From a virus (Duplodnaviria; Caudoviricetes): DNA of 40,977 nucleotides. The position numbers were made by a program, and so were the translations under genes. The notes below the pieces were generated by a model. It saw only the letters and a program-made list of their open reading frames with translations, searched no databases and was not told the DNA's origin. Within the stretch, counting starts at the first letter, position 1. The number at the start of each line of letters is the position of its first letter. Where the stretch lies: the IMG/VR virus record IMGVR_UViG_3300026262_000001, positions 1-40,977 of that record; one strand, given 5' to 3'. Positions 1 to 8,917 of this stretch are shown in pieces.

Positions 1-3000
1 CCCGATTTCGAGCCTCGATCGAGTTCTGATCAACAAAGAGCCGCAGTCTTTCACGAGCCCCGGCAACCTCTACGGCAACACCGCTGGCGGCACGAGGCTC
101 AACAAGAAAGCATGGCTGCGCTGGTATGACGGCACGCAGACCGCGGCCGATGACATGCTGACGCAGATTTACGGCGCGTATGAGCGGCCCTGGACAGCCG
201 ATCACATCCTCACCGGCGTGCCCTACGCCGTGCTCACTTTCAAGTTTGACCAGGACATTCTGTCGTCGTTCCCGGAAGTGCTGTTCGAGGTGCGCGGCGC
301 GCCCCTGTATGACCCGCGCGAAGACAGCAGCGTGGGTGGTGAGGGCCCGCAGCGGTGGAACGATCCGAGCACCTGGGCATTCACGGAAAACCCGATTGTC
401 ATGGTCTATAACATCCTGCGCGGGCTGACCCTCGCGGATGGTTCCATGTATGGCCTGGGCGTGCCCGAGGATGACCTGCCGCTTGATCGGTGGGCGGCGC
501 AGATGAATGTGTGCGATGAACTCGTGGCCATTCCTGGCATCATGGTGGGTGGCGATACTGAGCAGCGCTATCGGTGCGGCTTGGAGTTCAGCACAGCGCA
601 ACAGCCACTCGATGTGATCGCCGATATCCTCAAATCCTGTGGCGGCCAGATTGCCGAGTGTGGCGGCATTTGGAATGTGTCAGCCGGGCCGGTGCCGTTC
701 CCGCGTGCGCATTTTGCCGATGGCACGATCATCACCTCCTCTGACCGGGATTTGCGCCCGTTCCGGGGTCTTAACGATACCTACAACGCTGCGCATGTCA
801 GCCACCCTTCGCGCGACGCTTTCTGGGAAGCCACGGATGCGCCGCCATACTACCGGCCTGACCTCGAAGCCGAGGACGATGGACGCCGACTGGTTGCCGA
901 TCTCGCGCTGCCGTCCGTGACCTACCCCTACCAAGCGCAGCGGCTGGCAATCGAGATGGTCTCTGATAACCGCAGGATGATCAGCCACACGCTGACCCTG
1001 CCGCCCGCGGCTATTAGCCTGCTGCCGCTCGATACCATCACCTGGACGAGCGCCAAAAACGGCTACCAGGCAAAACTCTTCGAGATCGCATCCAAGACGA
1101 TCGACCCCAAGACGCTTTGCGTGAGCGTCAATCTGCGCGAGCGCGACCCGGCCGATTACCGATACGATTACACAGACCTGACCGAGCCCTCCACGCCTGG
1201 CGAGCAGGTCGAGGATGGCGCGCCCGAGGGCAACGCGCCCGAAGAGGGATACACCGAGCCCGGAACCGGCAACCCGCTCACGCCGAGCCGGCCGGGGCAA
1301 TCCCTTGGCGATCTGATCGCACTGCATGATGGCAGCCTCAGCCGCTCCACCGATGGTGCATCGCAGTGGGTCAAGATCCCTGCGCCGTTCTCGGGTGCGC
1401 GTGAAATCTCGGCCCTCGATGCGGCTGGCTATGTCGTGCGCGATACCTCGGGCGGGCTGTGGTTTTCCGGCGATAGCCAATCCTGGGGTGCGGTCGATGT
1501 GCTGCCGGCCACCACCGATGCCGGCCTGCTCAACGGCAACTTCGAGTCCGGCCTGGATAACTGGCAGACGATCAGTGGCACCCCGGCTGCGCTCAGCACG
1601 AGCACGCCCGCGCAGCGCCCTGGTTCGGCGCAGTATCTCGCCGCCGAGGATGCAGAGGTGAGCCAGGTGGTTTCGGTTCCGGCCGGCAAGCATCTGACCC
1701 TGAGCGGGGATGCGCTGGCAGGGCCGGGTGGTGTTGCCCGTATCGGCATTCGTGCCGGCCAGAATGAGAGCGTGCGCCCGTTCAATCAGGTTGCGTTCGA
1801 CGGGGCGAATTTCCGCACCGATAACGGCACCTCTTACCGCTACAAAACTGTCAATAACGCATTCACCATGCCCGATGGCACGCAGGTGCGCATCGAGTGG
1901 TATGCAGAGGCCATGACGAAATACACGGCTGTGAATGGCAGCCCGCCTGGCCTCTACGGCACAAGCCAGGAAGTTCAGGCCCGCCTGCGGTTCTATAATC
2001 AGGCGACGGGCGCCCCGGTGAGCGTGACCGGGGGCTTTTCCATCCGCAACTTCGACTCCGGCGATGGCGCATGGGTGCAGCAAGCGGCGGGTGTGTCCGT
2101 GCTTGCCGGCACGGGTTCTAACCTGCCGATGACCACCTCCTCGGCCGATGGCTACACTTGGATCAATGCCCGCGCGACGGCCGGCACCGACAATGCGTGC
2201 TCTGTGCTGCTCGAAAGCGTGCATGAGTTCCGAATGAAACTCTGGCTCAAAGATATCGAGAGCACCTCCGAAATGGTGCAGTTCATCCCTGACCCGCTGC
2301 CCGAGCACAACACGATCACGAGCCAAAATGACTATGGCGTGAGCACATCCTCTTCGGATTGGCAGGGCCTCAGCGTCTCGGCGCAGACGAATGAAACGCA
2401 GGTTGAAGTCTATGCCCGCGGCACGGGTGCAGCATGGATGGATAACCTGCGCCTGACTTACTCGGACGATGACGGCCAGGCACGCACTCTTGCCCGTGAT
2501 CTGCGCGATCGGCGCCACCTGGCGGCCACCTCTGGCGCGCTGCATGTCATCGCCAACGGCGACGCTACCCTGCTTGCAAGCACGCCGTTCGCGGCTGATC
2601 TGGTGGCGGCTGACGGGCTCACCATCGTGATTGCCTCTGGCACCTCTGTTGCCCTCTCCGAGGACGGGGGCACCACTTGGTCGCAGCACACCGCCACAGC
2701 CTCTGTGGCGCAGGTCACAGCCCGTGAGCGTGTCCTGGCCGTGCTCACCACCGGCGAGCTGGTGGAAGTGGCAACTGGCGGTCTCACAGCGCTCTCTGCG
2801 TTCGGCACCGAGCACCGCCTGGCGCATGATGTTCGCCGCGCCGCCTGGTTCGCAGTCGAGGTGGGTTCGGGCGCGATGCAGGAAAGCACCGACCTGGTGA
2901 CTTGGACGGCTGCGCCCAACATGCCCGCGGGCGGTGTTTCTGGCTATCGCCTGATGCCGGCAGAGATCGGCCGGCAGATTGGTTGGCGCGATGGAAAGCC

Positions 3001-3091
3001 CGATCTGTTCTGGCGCGACCTTTCCGCCACCCAATGGTCGGTCAGTTGGTCACTGCTCGCTGATATCCGCGATCTGACGGAATCCAAGTAA
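1..3091 (+). CDS. Tail tip / host-specificity protein (GpJ-like), C-terminal part; 5' part lies at 40585-40977
   Basis: Frame is open from nt 2 (PISSLDRVLINK...) into the 978-aa ORF. It has tail-tip motifs (GAPLYDPR, WAFTENP, RYRCG) and a C-terminal extension with Asp-box-like repeats (STDGASQW, SEDGGTTW) and a CBM-like segment (LLNGNFESG...WMDNLRL). Confidence 0.85.
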   Translation, partial: PISSLDRVLINKEPQSFTSPGNLYGNTAGGTRLNKKAWLRWYDGTQTAADDMLTQIYGAYERPWTADHILTGVPYAVLTFKFDQDILSSFPEVLFEVRGAPLYDPREDSSVGGEGPQRWNDPSTWAFTENPIVMVYNILRGLTLADGSMYGLGVPEDDLPLDRWAAQMNVCDELVAIPGIMVGGDTEQRYRCGLEFSTAQQPLDVIADILKSCGGQIAECGGIWNVSAGPVPFPRAHFADGTIITSSDRDLRPFRGLNDTYNAAHVSHPSRDAFWEATDAPPYYRPDLEAEDDGRRLVADLALPSVTYPYQAQRLAIEMVSDNRRMISHTLTLPPAAISLLPLDTITWTSAKNGYQAKLFEIASKTIDPKTLCVSVNLRERDPADYRYDYTDLTEPSTPGEQVEDGAPEGNAPEEGYTEPGTGNPLTPSRPGQSLGDLIALHDGSLSRSTDGASQWVKIPAPFSGAREISALDAAGYVVRDTSGGLWFSGDSQSWGAVDVLPATTDAGLLNGNFESGLDNWQTISGTPAALSTSTPAQRPGSAQYLAAEDAEVSQVVSVPAGKHLTLSGDALAGPGGVARIGIRAGQNESVRPFNQVAFDGANFRTDNGTSYRYKTVNNAFTMPDGTQVRIEWYAEAMTKYTAVNGSPPGLYGTSQEVQARLRFYNQATGAPVSVTGGFSIRNFDSGDGAWVQQAAGVSVLAGTGSNLPMTTSSADGYTWINARATAGTDNACSVLLESVHEFRMKLWLKDIESTSEMVQFIPDPLPEHNTITSQNDYGVSTSSSDWQGLSVSAQTNETQVEVYARGTGAAWMDNLRLTYSDDDGQARTLARDLRDRRHLAATSGALHVIANGDATLLASTPFAADLVAADGLTIVIASGTSVALSEDGGTTWSQHTATASVAQVTARERVLAVLTTGELVEVATGGLTALSAFGTEHRLAHDVRRAAWFAVEVGSGAMQESTDLVTWTAAPNMPAGGVSGYRLMPAEIGRQIGWRDGKPDLFWRDLSATQWSVSWSLLADIRDLTESK

Positions 3092-3120
3092 GCGGACATT
3101 ACGCAAACGCCCCATCTCCT
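3091..3120 (+). promoter_or_regulatory. Class II (putative phage-sigma) promoter for lysis cassette
   Basis: AGCG-gacattacgcaaa-CGCCCCATCTCCT; one of 8 copies with identical spacing. Confidence 0.8.
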
Positions 3121-3144
3121 CAGGGTAAAACCAAGGGGTGGGGC

Positions 3145-3600
3145 GTGATCTACCAGGGCAAAAAAAGATATCCGGTTCGGGAGGTTGTTTTGCACACCTC
3201 GGCGACACCCGGCACCTGGTATCGCGGAAAAACCGCTGATCAGATGCGCGACGAAATCCGGCGTTGGCATGTCGATGGGCGCGGCTGGCGCGATATCGGC
3301 TATCACCGGGTCATTGCCCCCGATGGCGAGATTGCGATTGGTCGTTCCCTCTGGGAAATCGGCGCGCATGTAATGGGACGCAACCGCGGCACAATCGGCA
3401 TCTGCCTGGTGCCCGTGCGCACGCACAACGGCATCGGCCAGTTCTCCGATTATTTCACGCCTGACCAGGAAAAAGCCCTGAAAGCCTATCTGCGCGAACT
3501 GGCGGCGCTCACGAAGATCGAGCGCGTGAGCGGGCACAACGAGTTCGCTGCCAAAGAATGCCCTGGTTTCCGGGTTCGCACCGGAGATTGGATTGAATGA
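3145..3600 (+). CDS. Endolysin, N-acetylmuramoyl-L-alanine amidase (T7 lysozyme/Amidase_2-like)
   Basis: VVLHTSAT, GWRDIGYH, GAHVMGRN, IGICL and GHNEFAAKECPGF zinc-amidase motifs. Confidence 0.92.
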   Translation: MIYQGKKRYPVREVVLHTSATPGTWYRGKTADQMRDEIRRWHVDGRGWRDIGYHRVIAPDGEIAIGRSLWEIGAHVMGRNRGTIGICLVPVRTHNGIGQFSDYFTPDQEKALKAYLRELAALTKIERVSGHNEFAAKECPGFRVRTGDWIE

Positions 3601-4022
3601 AAACCGAGGTTGCCAACGCCGTCGCCGAGAACGCCGAGTCCATTTTCCGCGACCCCCTCACTCTCGCGCTGACTGGTCTTGGCATCGGCTTCGCGCCACA
3701 TGAATACATTGGCGGCTTGTTCCTCGCCCTGGCCGGTGCCTCGATCGCCTCGGCGATGAACCGCGAGCAAGACCGGCGCCGCTTTTGGGTGGTGATGCTC
3801 ACCGCCATCTTCATCTCACACCTGGCGGCTATGGCTGCCGAGGCAATCTGGCCCGCGTTGCCGTTCCAAGCGGTCATGGCCCTGGCAGGCTTTGGCTCGC
3901 GCTACCTTGTGAAAATGATGCTGCGCACATTCGGCATCCTCGAAGAGCGCAGCGACAAGATCGCCGATCGCATCGTGGATCGCTTCATTCCCGATCAGGA
4001 CAAGGATGGGGATGCGAAATGA
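3597..4022 (+). CDS. Putative holin
   Basis: Several hydrophobic segments and a charged C-terminus; overlaps the endolysin stop (ATGA). Confidence 0.7.
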   Translation: MKTEVANAVAENAESIFRDPLTLALTGLGIGFAPHEYIGGLFLALAGASIASAMNREQDRRRFWVVMLTAIFISHLAAMAAEAIWPALPFQAVMALAGFGSRYLVKMMLRTFGILEERSDKIADRIVDRFIPDQDKDGDAK

Positions 4023-4420
4023 CCCACACCTTGGCCATCCTCATCATGACGGCCGGCCTGGCAGGGTGCAGCGCATCCGACATTGGCAAGGCAGCCTTGA
4101 GTGCAGCGGTGGGTGGTGGCCCATCGGTCAATGCCAATGCGCAGGTGGGAAAAACAAACAGCCAGACAATCGGCAGCACGCGCACCATCGAGATGAGCGG
4201 GCCTGTGGCGCGCCCTGAAAGCGTGGAAACGCTGACGCAGAACACCGAGCAGGATGCGAGCGAAAACCGGGTCAAGGCAGATAGCGTTGAAATGGTTGTG
4301 GTGAATGAGATTCCCGCACTGCTGATTTGGCTCCTGGTGGGATTGCTGGTGCTCGCAGTGGTGCTTGGCGTGCTTGGATGGATGGCACCGGTTCCAAAGT
4401 GGGTCGAACGCAGGCGCTGA
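4019..4420 (+). CDS. Putative unimolecular spanin (lipoprotein with C-terminal transmembrane segment)
   Basis: Start at ATG 4019 gives MTHTLAILIMTAGLAGC (lipobox LAGC) and a C-terminal TM (LLIWLLVGLLVLAVVLGVLGW); last gene of the lysis cassette. Confidence 0.75.
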   Translation: MTHTLAILIMTAGLAGCSASDIGKAALSAAVGGGPSVNANAQVGKTNSQTIGSTRTIEMSGPVARPESVETLTQNTEQDASENRVKADSVEMVVVNEIPALLIWLLVGLLVLAVVLGVLGWMAPVPKWVERRR

Positions 4421-4483
4421 TTTTTCGATGGGGCGGGTTTGTCCCTATGTCCCTGGAAACAAAACCAGAACATGGCAGGCGAC

Positions 4484-5322
4484 ATGACACCCAATCAGGA
4501 ACGAGCACTTCGCGGAAACTCAATGCTTTTCGGGTGCGATTTTCACCTGAAGACGCACCAAGGCGATGATGAATTCGACAGGGTTGTAGCATTCGGAGAG
4601 ATGGCCAATGAGCTGCGCCCCACCTGCATTGGCATCGGAGGAGATTTGGTTGAGTTCGTCTCTATCATGAAGAGTGTGGTTGAGAGTCCTGCGGGGTTCG
4701 ATCGTAAGTTTCTCGAGCAGGAGAAGCGGCTCTTTCGCATGGCGCTACAAGCCATTCTGAGCCCGAGAGATGTTACTGGCCTGAGCACGGAGTCCATTTT
4801 CTCGAAGGGAACCATGAGGCGCGGCACCGACATTCTCGGTCGCTCGATCCCGAGGAGCTTGTGCGCATCGTGGGGGAGCTGGGCATCACATGGCATGAGC
4901 TGGGCAATGCATTCTGGTATCAAGGAACGGGGTTTGCGCATCTGCAAAAATCAGGCGCCAAGGGCCGTGGGCGGTTTCCACAGGGCGCGGCCATTTCCAC
5001 GATCATCAATCGCCACAGATCATTCGTAGTGGGTGATGAACACAAGAAAGATATTCGGATGTCCCATACCTCTGATGGAGGTGTTATCACCGCGATGAAG
5101 GCGGGCTGCATGGTGTCTCACAAAGAAATCGACACCGCATCAGATGAGTGGGCCGGCGCATTCCTTCTAACCCACATGCAGGACGGAACTTTCTGCATCA
5201 ACGAATACCCCTATGACTACATCATGGAGCGGTGGGGTCGTGGCGGTTACGCTCAGGAGCTGAGGATGCGGCGAGCGCAAGAGGCTCGGGATCTCGATGA
5301 CGCCCGGCACGCGTTTGCTTGA
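4484..5322 (+). pseudogene. Calcineurin-like metallophosphoesterase, frameshifted near 4760-4775
   Basis: CDFH and GGDL motifs lie in one frame; VHFLEGNHE and the C-terminal half lie in the -1 frame ending at 5322. Confidence 0.7.
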
Positions 5323-5399
5323 TGGGAGCCGGTATGTAAGCGATACATACCGATGCATACCTAACATAACATGGATTATCGGCTACGAGTGACCGGCCC

Positions 5400-5618
5400 T
5401 CACTCGTCTTCGAGGCAGGCCACCATCGCGCCCTCGATCATGCGCCCTTCCCAAGAAACATCACCCGCCTGGATCGCCTCGATCAGGCTTGCGGTTGCAG
5501 GCAGAACCTCGGCTACATCTGCCATGTCCCGCAGCGCATCCGGGGAGGTGCCGGCGCAGACGATTTCTTGCTCTTCGGTGATGCCGACATATCCGGCTGT
5601 TGAGTTATCCACAGGCAC
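5400..5618 (-). CDS. Small acidic hypothetical protein
   Basis: 72 aa, GTG start preceded by GGAGG. Confidence 0.6.
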   Translation of the reverse strand: MPVDNSTAGYVGITEEQEIVCAGTSPDALRDMADVAEVLPATASLIEAIQAGDVSWEGRMIEGAMVACLEDE

Positions 5619-5826
5619 AGTGCCTCCTATCCCGTTAAAATATATAGGTTAAAGAAGTTAAGCCGAATCGAAACCGGGATTCTGCGTTACCTCTCAATCA
5701 CCTACCTCACCCCCTCAGGGACTTAAAACCCGTGCTTTGGGGATCAAAAACCCTTGCCGCCAGGGACTTAAAACCCGTGTCGGGGAGTAAAACCCCGTGT
5801 CTGACTGCGGGGAGTAAAAACCCGTG
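5605..5826. other. Plasmid replication origin (oriV): DnaA box, AT-rich tract, five iterons
   Basis: TTATCCACA at 5605-5613; AT-rich 5635-5660; iterons of the form GGGA(c/g/t)..AAA(a/c)CCC(g/t)TG at about 5718, 5740, 5763, 5783 and 5810, directly downstream of repA. Confidence 0.85.
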
Positions 5827-5828
5827 CC

Positions 5829-6686
5829 TCACAGAAGCAGCTTGCGGTAGCGCATGCGTAGCAGCGGATCGCCGTTCGCGCCGCGCTCCTCAACCAGCTC
5901 GTAGGTAGGGATTTTCTCCGCGGCGATGGCCTTGCGTAGAGCCTTCGCAAAATCTGCATACCTCATCTGAGAGCCCGAGCGCCGGTGCAGGTCGCGGAAA
6001 CTGAACGCCCATCCGTCAGAGTTGTCGAGGCCGTTTCCGGCATGGCGCCGTGCCAGTCGATACAAGAACCGGTCGAGCCCCGATGTGAGGTCGAAGTAGA
6101 GCGGCGTGATGCTCAGAACCTCTTTGCGGCTGCCGGTCACTGCACGATAGATCCATGTCGGGATGGTCATCTGAGCGCCGAGCGGCCTGGCGTTGCCCTC
6201 GGCATCCTTGACTTCATCGAGTGTGAAATCCGACACCAGGTTGAAATCTTCGTGCCTATCTTTCCGGTCGTGGCGACGGATTGTCGTTCGGATGCGGGTT
6301 GCCCTCAGGCGGTTCATCGCGGATTTGAACCGCTCATACTCCCGACCCCCTACCCTACCCATACTGTCGCACCACCGGATGCTCTTCATCAAGTCATACG
6401 GCCGAAATGAGATCGTCTGCGCCGGGGTCTCGCCTCTCTCAACCGCAGCATTAAGTTGCGAAATGGCCCAAATCACCAAGTCGAAATCCCAAATCGTGGC
6501 AATGTCGTCGCCCTCTGTCGAAGTGATCACGACCTGTTGCCCGCTCGGCCCCTCCCATTCGATGCGGCGCTGACCGCGCTTGGCTATCGACACCATGGGG
6601 GCTGACATCATCTCCTTGTCATCGCGCAGCGGCACATCACCGACGAGCGCCACGAACAAATCGAGCTGCTCCTTTGCAGTGCTCAC
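5829..6686 (-). CDS. repA: Plasmid replication initiator protein A (RPA family)
   Basis: QLDLF...DDKEMMSAPMVSI, IATIWDFDLVIWAISQL, RLRATRIRT, YFDLTSGLDRFLYRLARRHAG are typical of alphaproteobacterial RPA initiators; adjacent iterons. Confidence 0.9.
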   Translation of the reverse strand: MSTAKEQLDLFVALVGDVPLRDDKEMMSAPMVSIAKRGQRRIEWEGPSGQQVVITSTEGDDIATIWDFDLVIWAISQLNAAVERGETPAQTISFRPYDLMKSIRWCDSMGRVGGREYERFKSAMNRLRATRIRTTIRRHDRKDRHEDFNLVSDFTLDEVKDAEGNARPLGAQMTIPTWIYRAVTGSRKEVLSITPLYFDLTSGLDRFLYRLARRHAGNGLDNSDGWAFSFRDLHRRSGSQMRYADFAKALRKAIAAEKIPTYELVEERGANGDPLLRMRYRKLLL

Positions 6687-6979
6687 TCGCTCGCATCCTG
6701 CGTAGATGCGTGCTTGCGTAGATACGCACGCGCAGCCTCATCGAGAATGTCTTGGTGTGTCCGGCCGCTCTCGAAAGACAGACGGCGTAGGGCTTGGTAG
6801 GTCTCGCCATCGAGCACCAGGCTCAGACGCTTGCTCGGCGCCATCGGCGCGGGTGCCGGCTTCGGTTTTGCTTTCGGTGCCGCCTTCGGCTTTGCGTGAG
6901 TCGAAGCCCCCTGCCCTTTCTGATCGGGAACCTTGGCATCGGGATTGACCAACCCATCCAGGCTGAAACTCTTCGCCAT
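6683..6979 (-). CDS. Small ribbon-helix-helix partition protein (ParG-like)
   Basis: Flexible Pro/Lys-rich N-terminus followed by KRLSLVLDGETYQALRRLSFESGRTHQDILDEAARAYL; translationally coupled to parA and repA. Confidence 0.75.
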   Translation of the reverse strand: MAKSFSLDGLVNPDAKVPDQKGQGASTHAKPKAAPKAKPKPAPAPMAPSKRLSLVLDGETYQALRRLSFESGRTHQDILDEAARAYLRKHASTQDASE

Positions 6980-7590
6980 CACATGACCTCCTGGACATAA
7001 CCCCACAGGCGTTTCATCTCCTCAAGCGCCTTCGGATCTCTTGCTTCAACAACGCTTTCTCCGCTGCCGCCTATCTCAGCATACACCACCCGCGAGTGGA
7101 TATTCACGGGCGCGACCCGCCCATGCTGGGCGAGCGCCCTGGCGACAGCATCTGTGAGGGCTGCCCTCGGGTTGATCATGGTCATCACGAAGGCGATCGA
7201 GGCCCCTGCCCTACTCGCGGCTCCGATCGTTGCGCCGATGGCGTCGAGGTCGTCAGTGCTTGCTCGCGCGGGAATGAGAACGAGATCAGAAGAGCCCATG
7301 ACATCTGACATCCACGCCGGAACTGTGGGAGGGGTGTCTATAACAACCAGGTCAAAATGCCCATTCAGCCGAGCCAGGACGCCGGGGATCTCCCCCGGCT
7401 CCGGGTCGGCGTCGAGCATCGTGGGCTCATCAGCCTGGCGTCGTTCGAGCCATCTCCTGGTGGTGCCTTGCGGGTCGAGGTCGATGAGCAGCACGCGCTG
7501 CCCGTCCTCGGCGGCAACGGCTGCCAGGTTCCTGCTGAGGGCGGTCTTTCCGGCGCCGCCCTTCTGTGCCGCTACAACAAGCGTTTTCAT
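6979..7590 (-). CDS. parA: ParA family partition ATPase (short, type Ib)
   Basis: Deviant Walker A QKGGAGKT, IDLDPQG and VVIDTPP; no N-terminal HTH. Confidence 0.93.
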   Translation of the reverse strand: MKTLVVAAQKGGAGKTALSRNLAAVAAEDGQRVLLIDLDPQGTTRRWLERRQADEPTMLDADPEPGEIPGVLARLNGHFDLVVIDTPPTVPAWMSDVMGSSDLVLIPARASTDDLDAIGATIGAASRAGASIAFVMTMINPRAALTDAVARALAQHGRVAPVNIHSRVVYAEIGGSGESVVEARDPKALEEMKRLWGYVQEVM

Positions 7591-7625
7591 GCCGGCAATC
7601 TCGCCGGTTCCGATCACGCAGTCAA

Positions 7626-7720
7626 GCACGCACTCGCGCACATACGCACGCACCTACGCTCCTACGCAGCTGCGTAGATACGCGCGCACGCAGTTACGCA
7701 CTTGCGCACGCATGCACGCA
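7626..7720. repeat. parS-like centromere: clustered short (T/C)ACGCA repeats upstream of parA
   Basis: gcacgcac...tacgcacgcacctacgctcctacgca...ttacgcacttgcgcacgcatgcacgca; similar repeats at 6690-6735. Confidence 0.65.
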
Positions 7721-7762
7721 GCGCTACCATTTCGAAACCGGCCCGCCAGGAGGAGACCCGCC

Positions 7763-8026
7763 ATGCTGCTCGACCACGAAAACGAGATCCCGCCGTATGT
7801 TCAGGCCCCGAGCCTGAAATCCGCGCCCGCCTGGCTGCGCCGCGCTTCCGTCTTCATGATCGTCGGCCTAATCGACATCGTCCCCTCGCGAGACGCCCGG
7901 GGCGACGGGTTCCGCCCCGCCGCCCTGGTCGATGGTCAGCTCTGGGTCTGGCAGCGCGTTCGCGGCGGGGGCTGGGTGCTCGTCAGCGTCTATCGCTCCG
8001 ACATCGAGCGGGAGATCTACTCTTAA
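7763..8026 (+). CDS. Hypothetical protein
   Basis: AGGAGA RBS before ATG 7763; 87 aa. Confidence 0.65.
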   Translation: MLLDHENEIPPYVQAPSLKSAPAWLRRASVFMIVGLIDIVPSRDARGDGFRPAALVDGQLWVWQRVRGGGWVLVSVYRSDIEREIYS

Positions 8027-8340
8027 TCGAGCGGGACATCTTCGTAGAGGTCGATCCATCCCGAGTCCGCGAGGATGTGAATGAGCGTCCAAACCTCGAC
8101 CCCGTCATGCCGCCAGTCCCACTCTACGCCATCGAGCGTGAATGCGGGCGAATATTCGCGGTGGTCTATGTATCGGTATGACTCGGGGACGATCTCGACA
8201 CTGCCACGCGCCCACGCCCTGACCGAGTTATGCACCCACCTCGGCGTCGGCCCGTCGCGGTCAGGGTCATATCGCGGCAGGTTTTGCCACTGGCTCTCGA
8301 TGACTTGCAGGGGTGCGTTCGGGGTAGGGTGCTTCGTCAT
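8023..8340 (-). CDS. Hypothetical protein
   Basis: GAGGAT RBS, MTKHPTPNAP...; converges on 7763-8026 with a 4-nt overlap. Confidence 0.65.
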   Translation of the reverse strand: MTKHPTPNAPLQVIESQWQNLPRYDPDRDGPTPRWVHNSVRAWARGSVEIVPESYRYIDHREYSPAFTLDGVEWDWRHDGVEVWTLIHILADSGWIDLYEDVPLD

Positions 8341-8354
8341 GTGATCCTCGTCAG

Positions 8355-8387
8355 CGGTGGGGGCTTGCACGAAGAAAGCCCCCACCG
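8355..8387 (-). terminator. Hairpin, probable terminator after 8423-8860
   Basis: cggtgggggctt...aagcccccaccg inverted repeat. Confidence 0.5.
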
Positions 8388-8422
8388 ATGGCGAGGGCTC
8401 TGGATCGGGGAGGGTAGGGGGC

Positions 8423-8860
8423 TTACCAGCCGCAGTCGCCCGTGGTGCTCGAATACGGGCCCTCGAAGCGCCGGGACATGATGCGGTTGTAAGTAGCGAG
8501 AGCCGCGGTCTGAAACTGACCGGGGGTGCGGATGCGGACGCCGCTCTCTTTGACGCCCCATGCGCAGCCAAGAGCCAGTGAAACCTTGCCGCGGTTCCAA
8601 CGCTTGAACTCGTTGTCGGTGTCCGGCAGCCGGTCGAGAACGAGCAACCAGTTTTCGTAGGCGGCATACCAGATCATCTCCTGGGCCTTGACGGCTGCAA
8701 ACTGAGCGCAGGTCAGGCCATCATGCCCTACCCGATCGGGCTTGGGGCACATTGCTGATGCGATTTCGGCCGCGGTGGGGGTCTTGGCTGCGGATGCTGT
8801 GCCGGTTCCGGTGAGTGTGAGGGTGGCGATTACCGCCAGGGCTGTCGTCAAAGTCTTCAT
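8423..8860 (-). CDS. Secreted/periplasmic hypothetical protein
   Basis: AGGAGAA RBS; signal peptide MKTLTTALAVIATLTLTGTGTASA; several Cys. Confidence 0.7.
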   Translation of the reverse strand: MKTLTTALAVIATLTLTGTGTASAAKTPTAAEIASAMCPKPDRVGHDGLTCAQFAAVKAQEMIWYAAYENWLLVLDRLPDTDNEFKRWNRGKVSLALGCAWGVKESGVRIRTPGQFQTAALATYNRIMSRRFEGPYSSTTGDCGW

Positions 8861-8917
8861 GATCTTTTCTCCTTTTGGCGGTCGGGTTAGATTGAGGGCG
8901 GCGGGGTAGGGCGGTGC

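Noticed and set aside
680-3034. 784-aa minus-strand ORF, and similar long antisense ORFs (e.g. 21895-23163, 31300-32523, 36402-37748, 11120-12286)
   Set aside because: These are shadows of well-supported genes on the opposite strand, expected in high-GC DNA, and show no motifs.
5330-5352. CGGTATGTA/TACATACCG inverted repeat
   Set aside because: It lies between convergent genes and is most simply a terminator-like hairpin; there is no further support for an operator role.
8538-8564. ACGCCCCATG resembling the class II -10
   Set aside because: No AGCG at the -35 position, a mismatched tail, and it lies inside a gene on the opposite strand.
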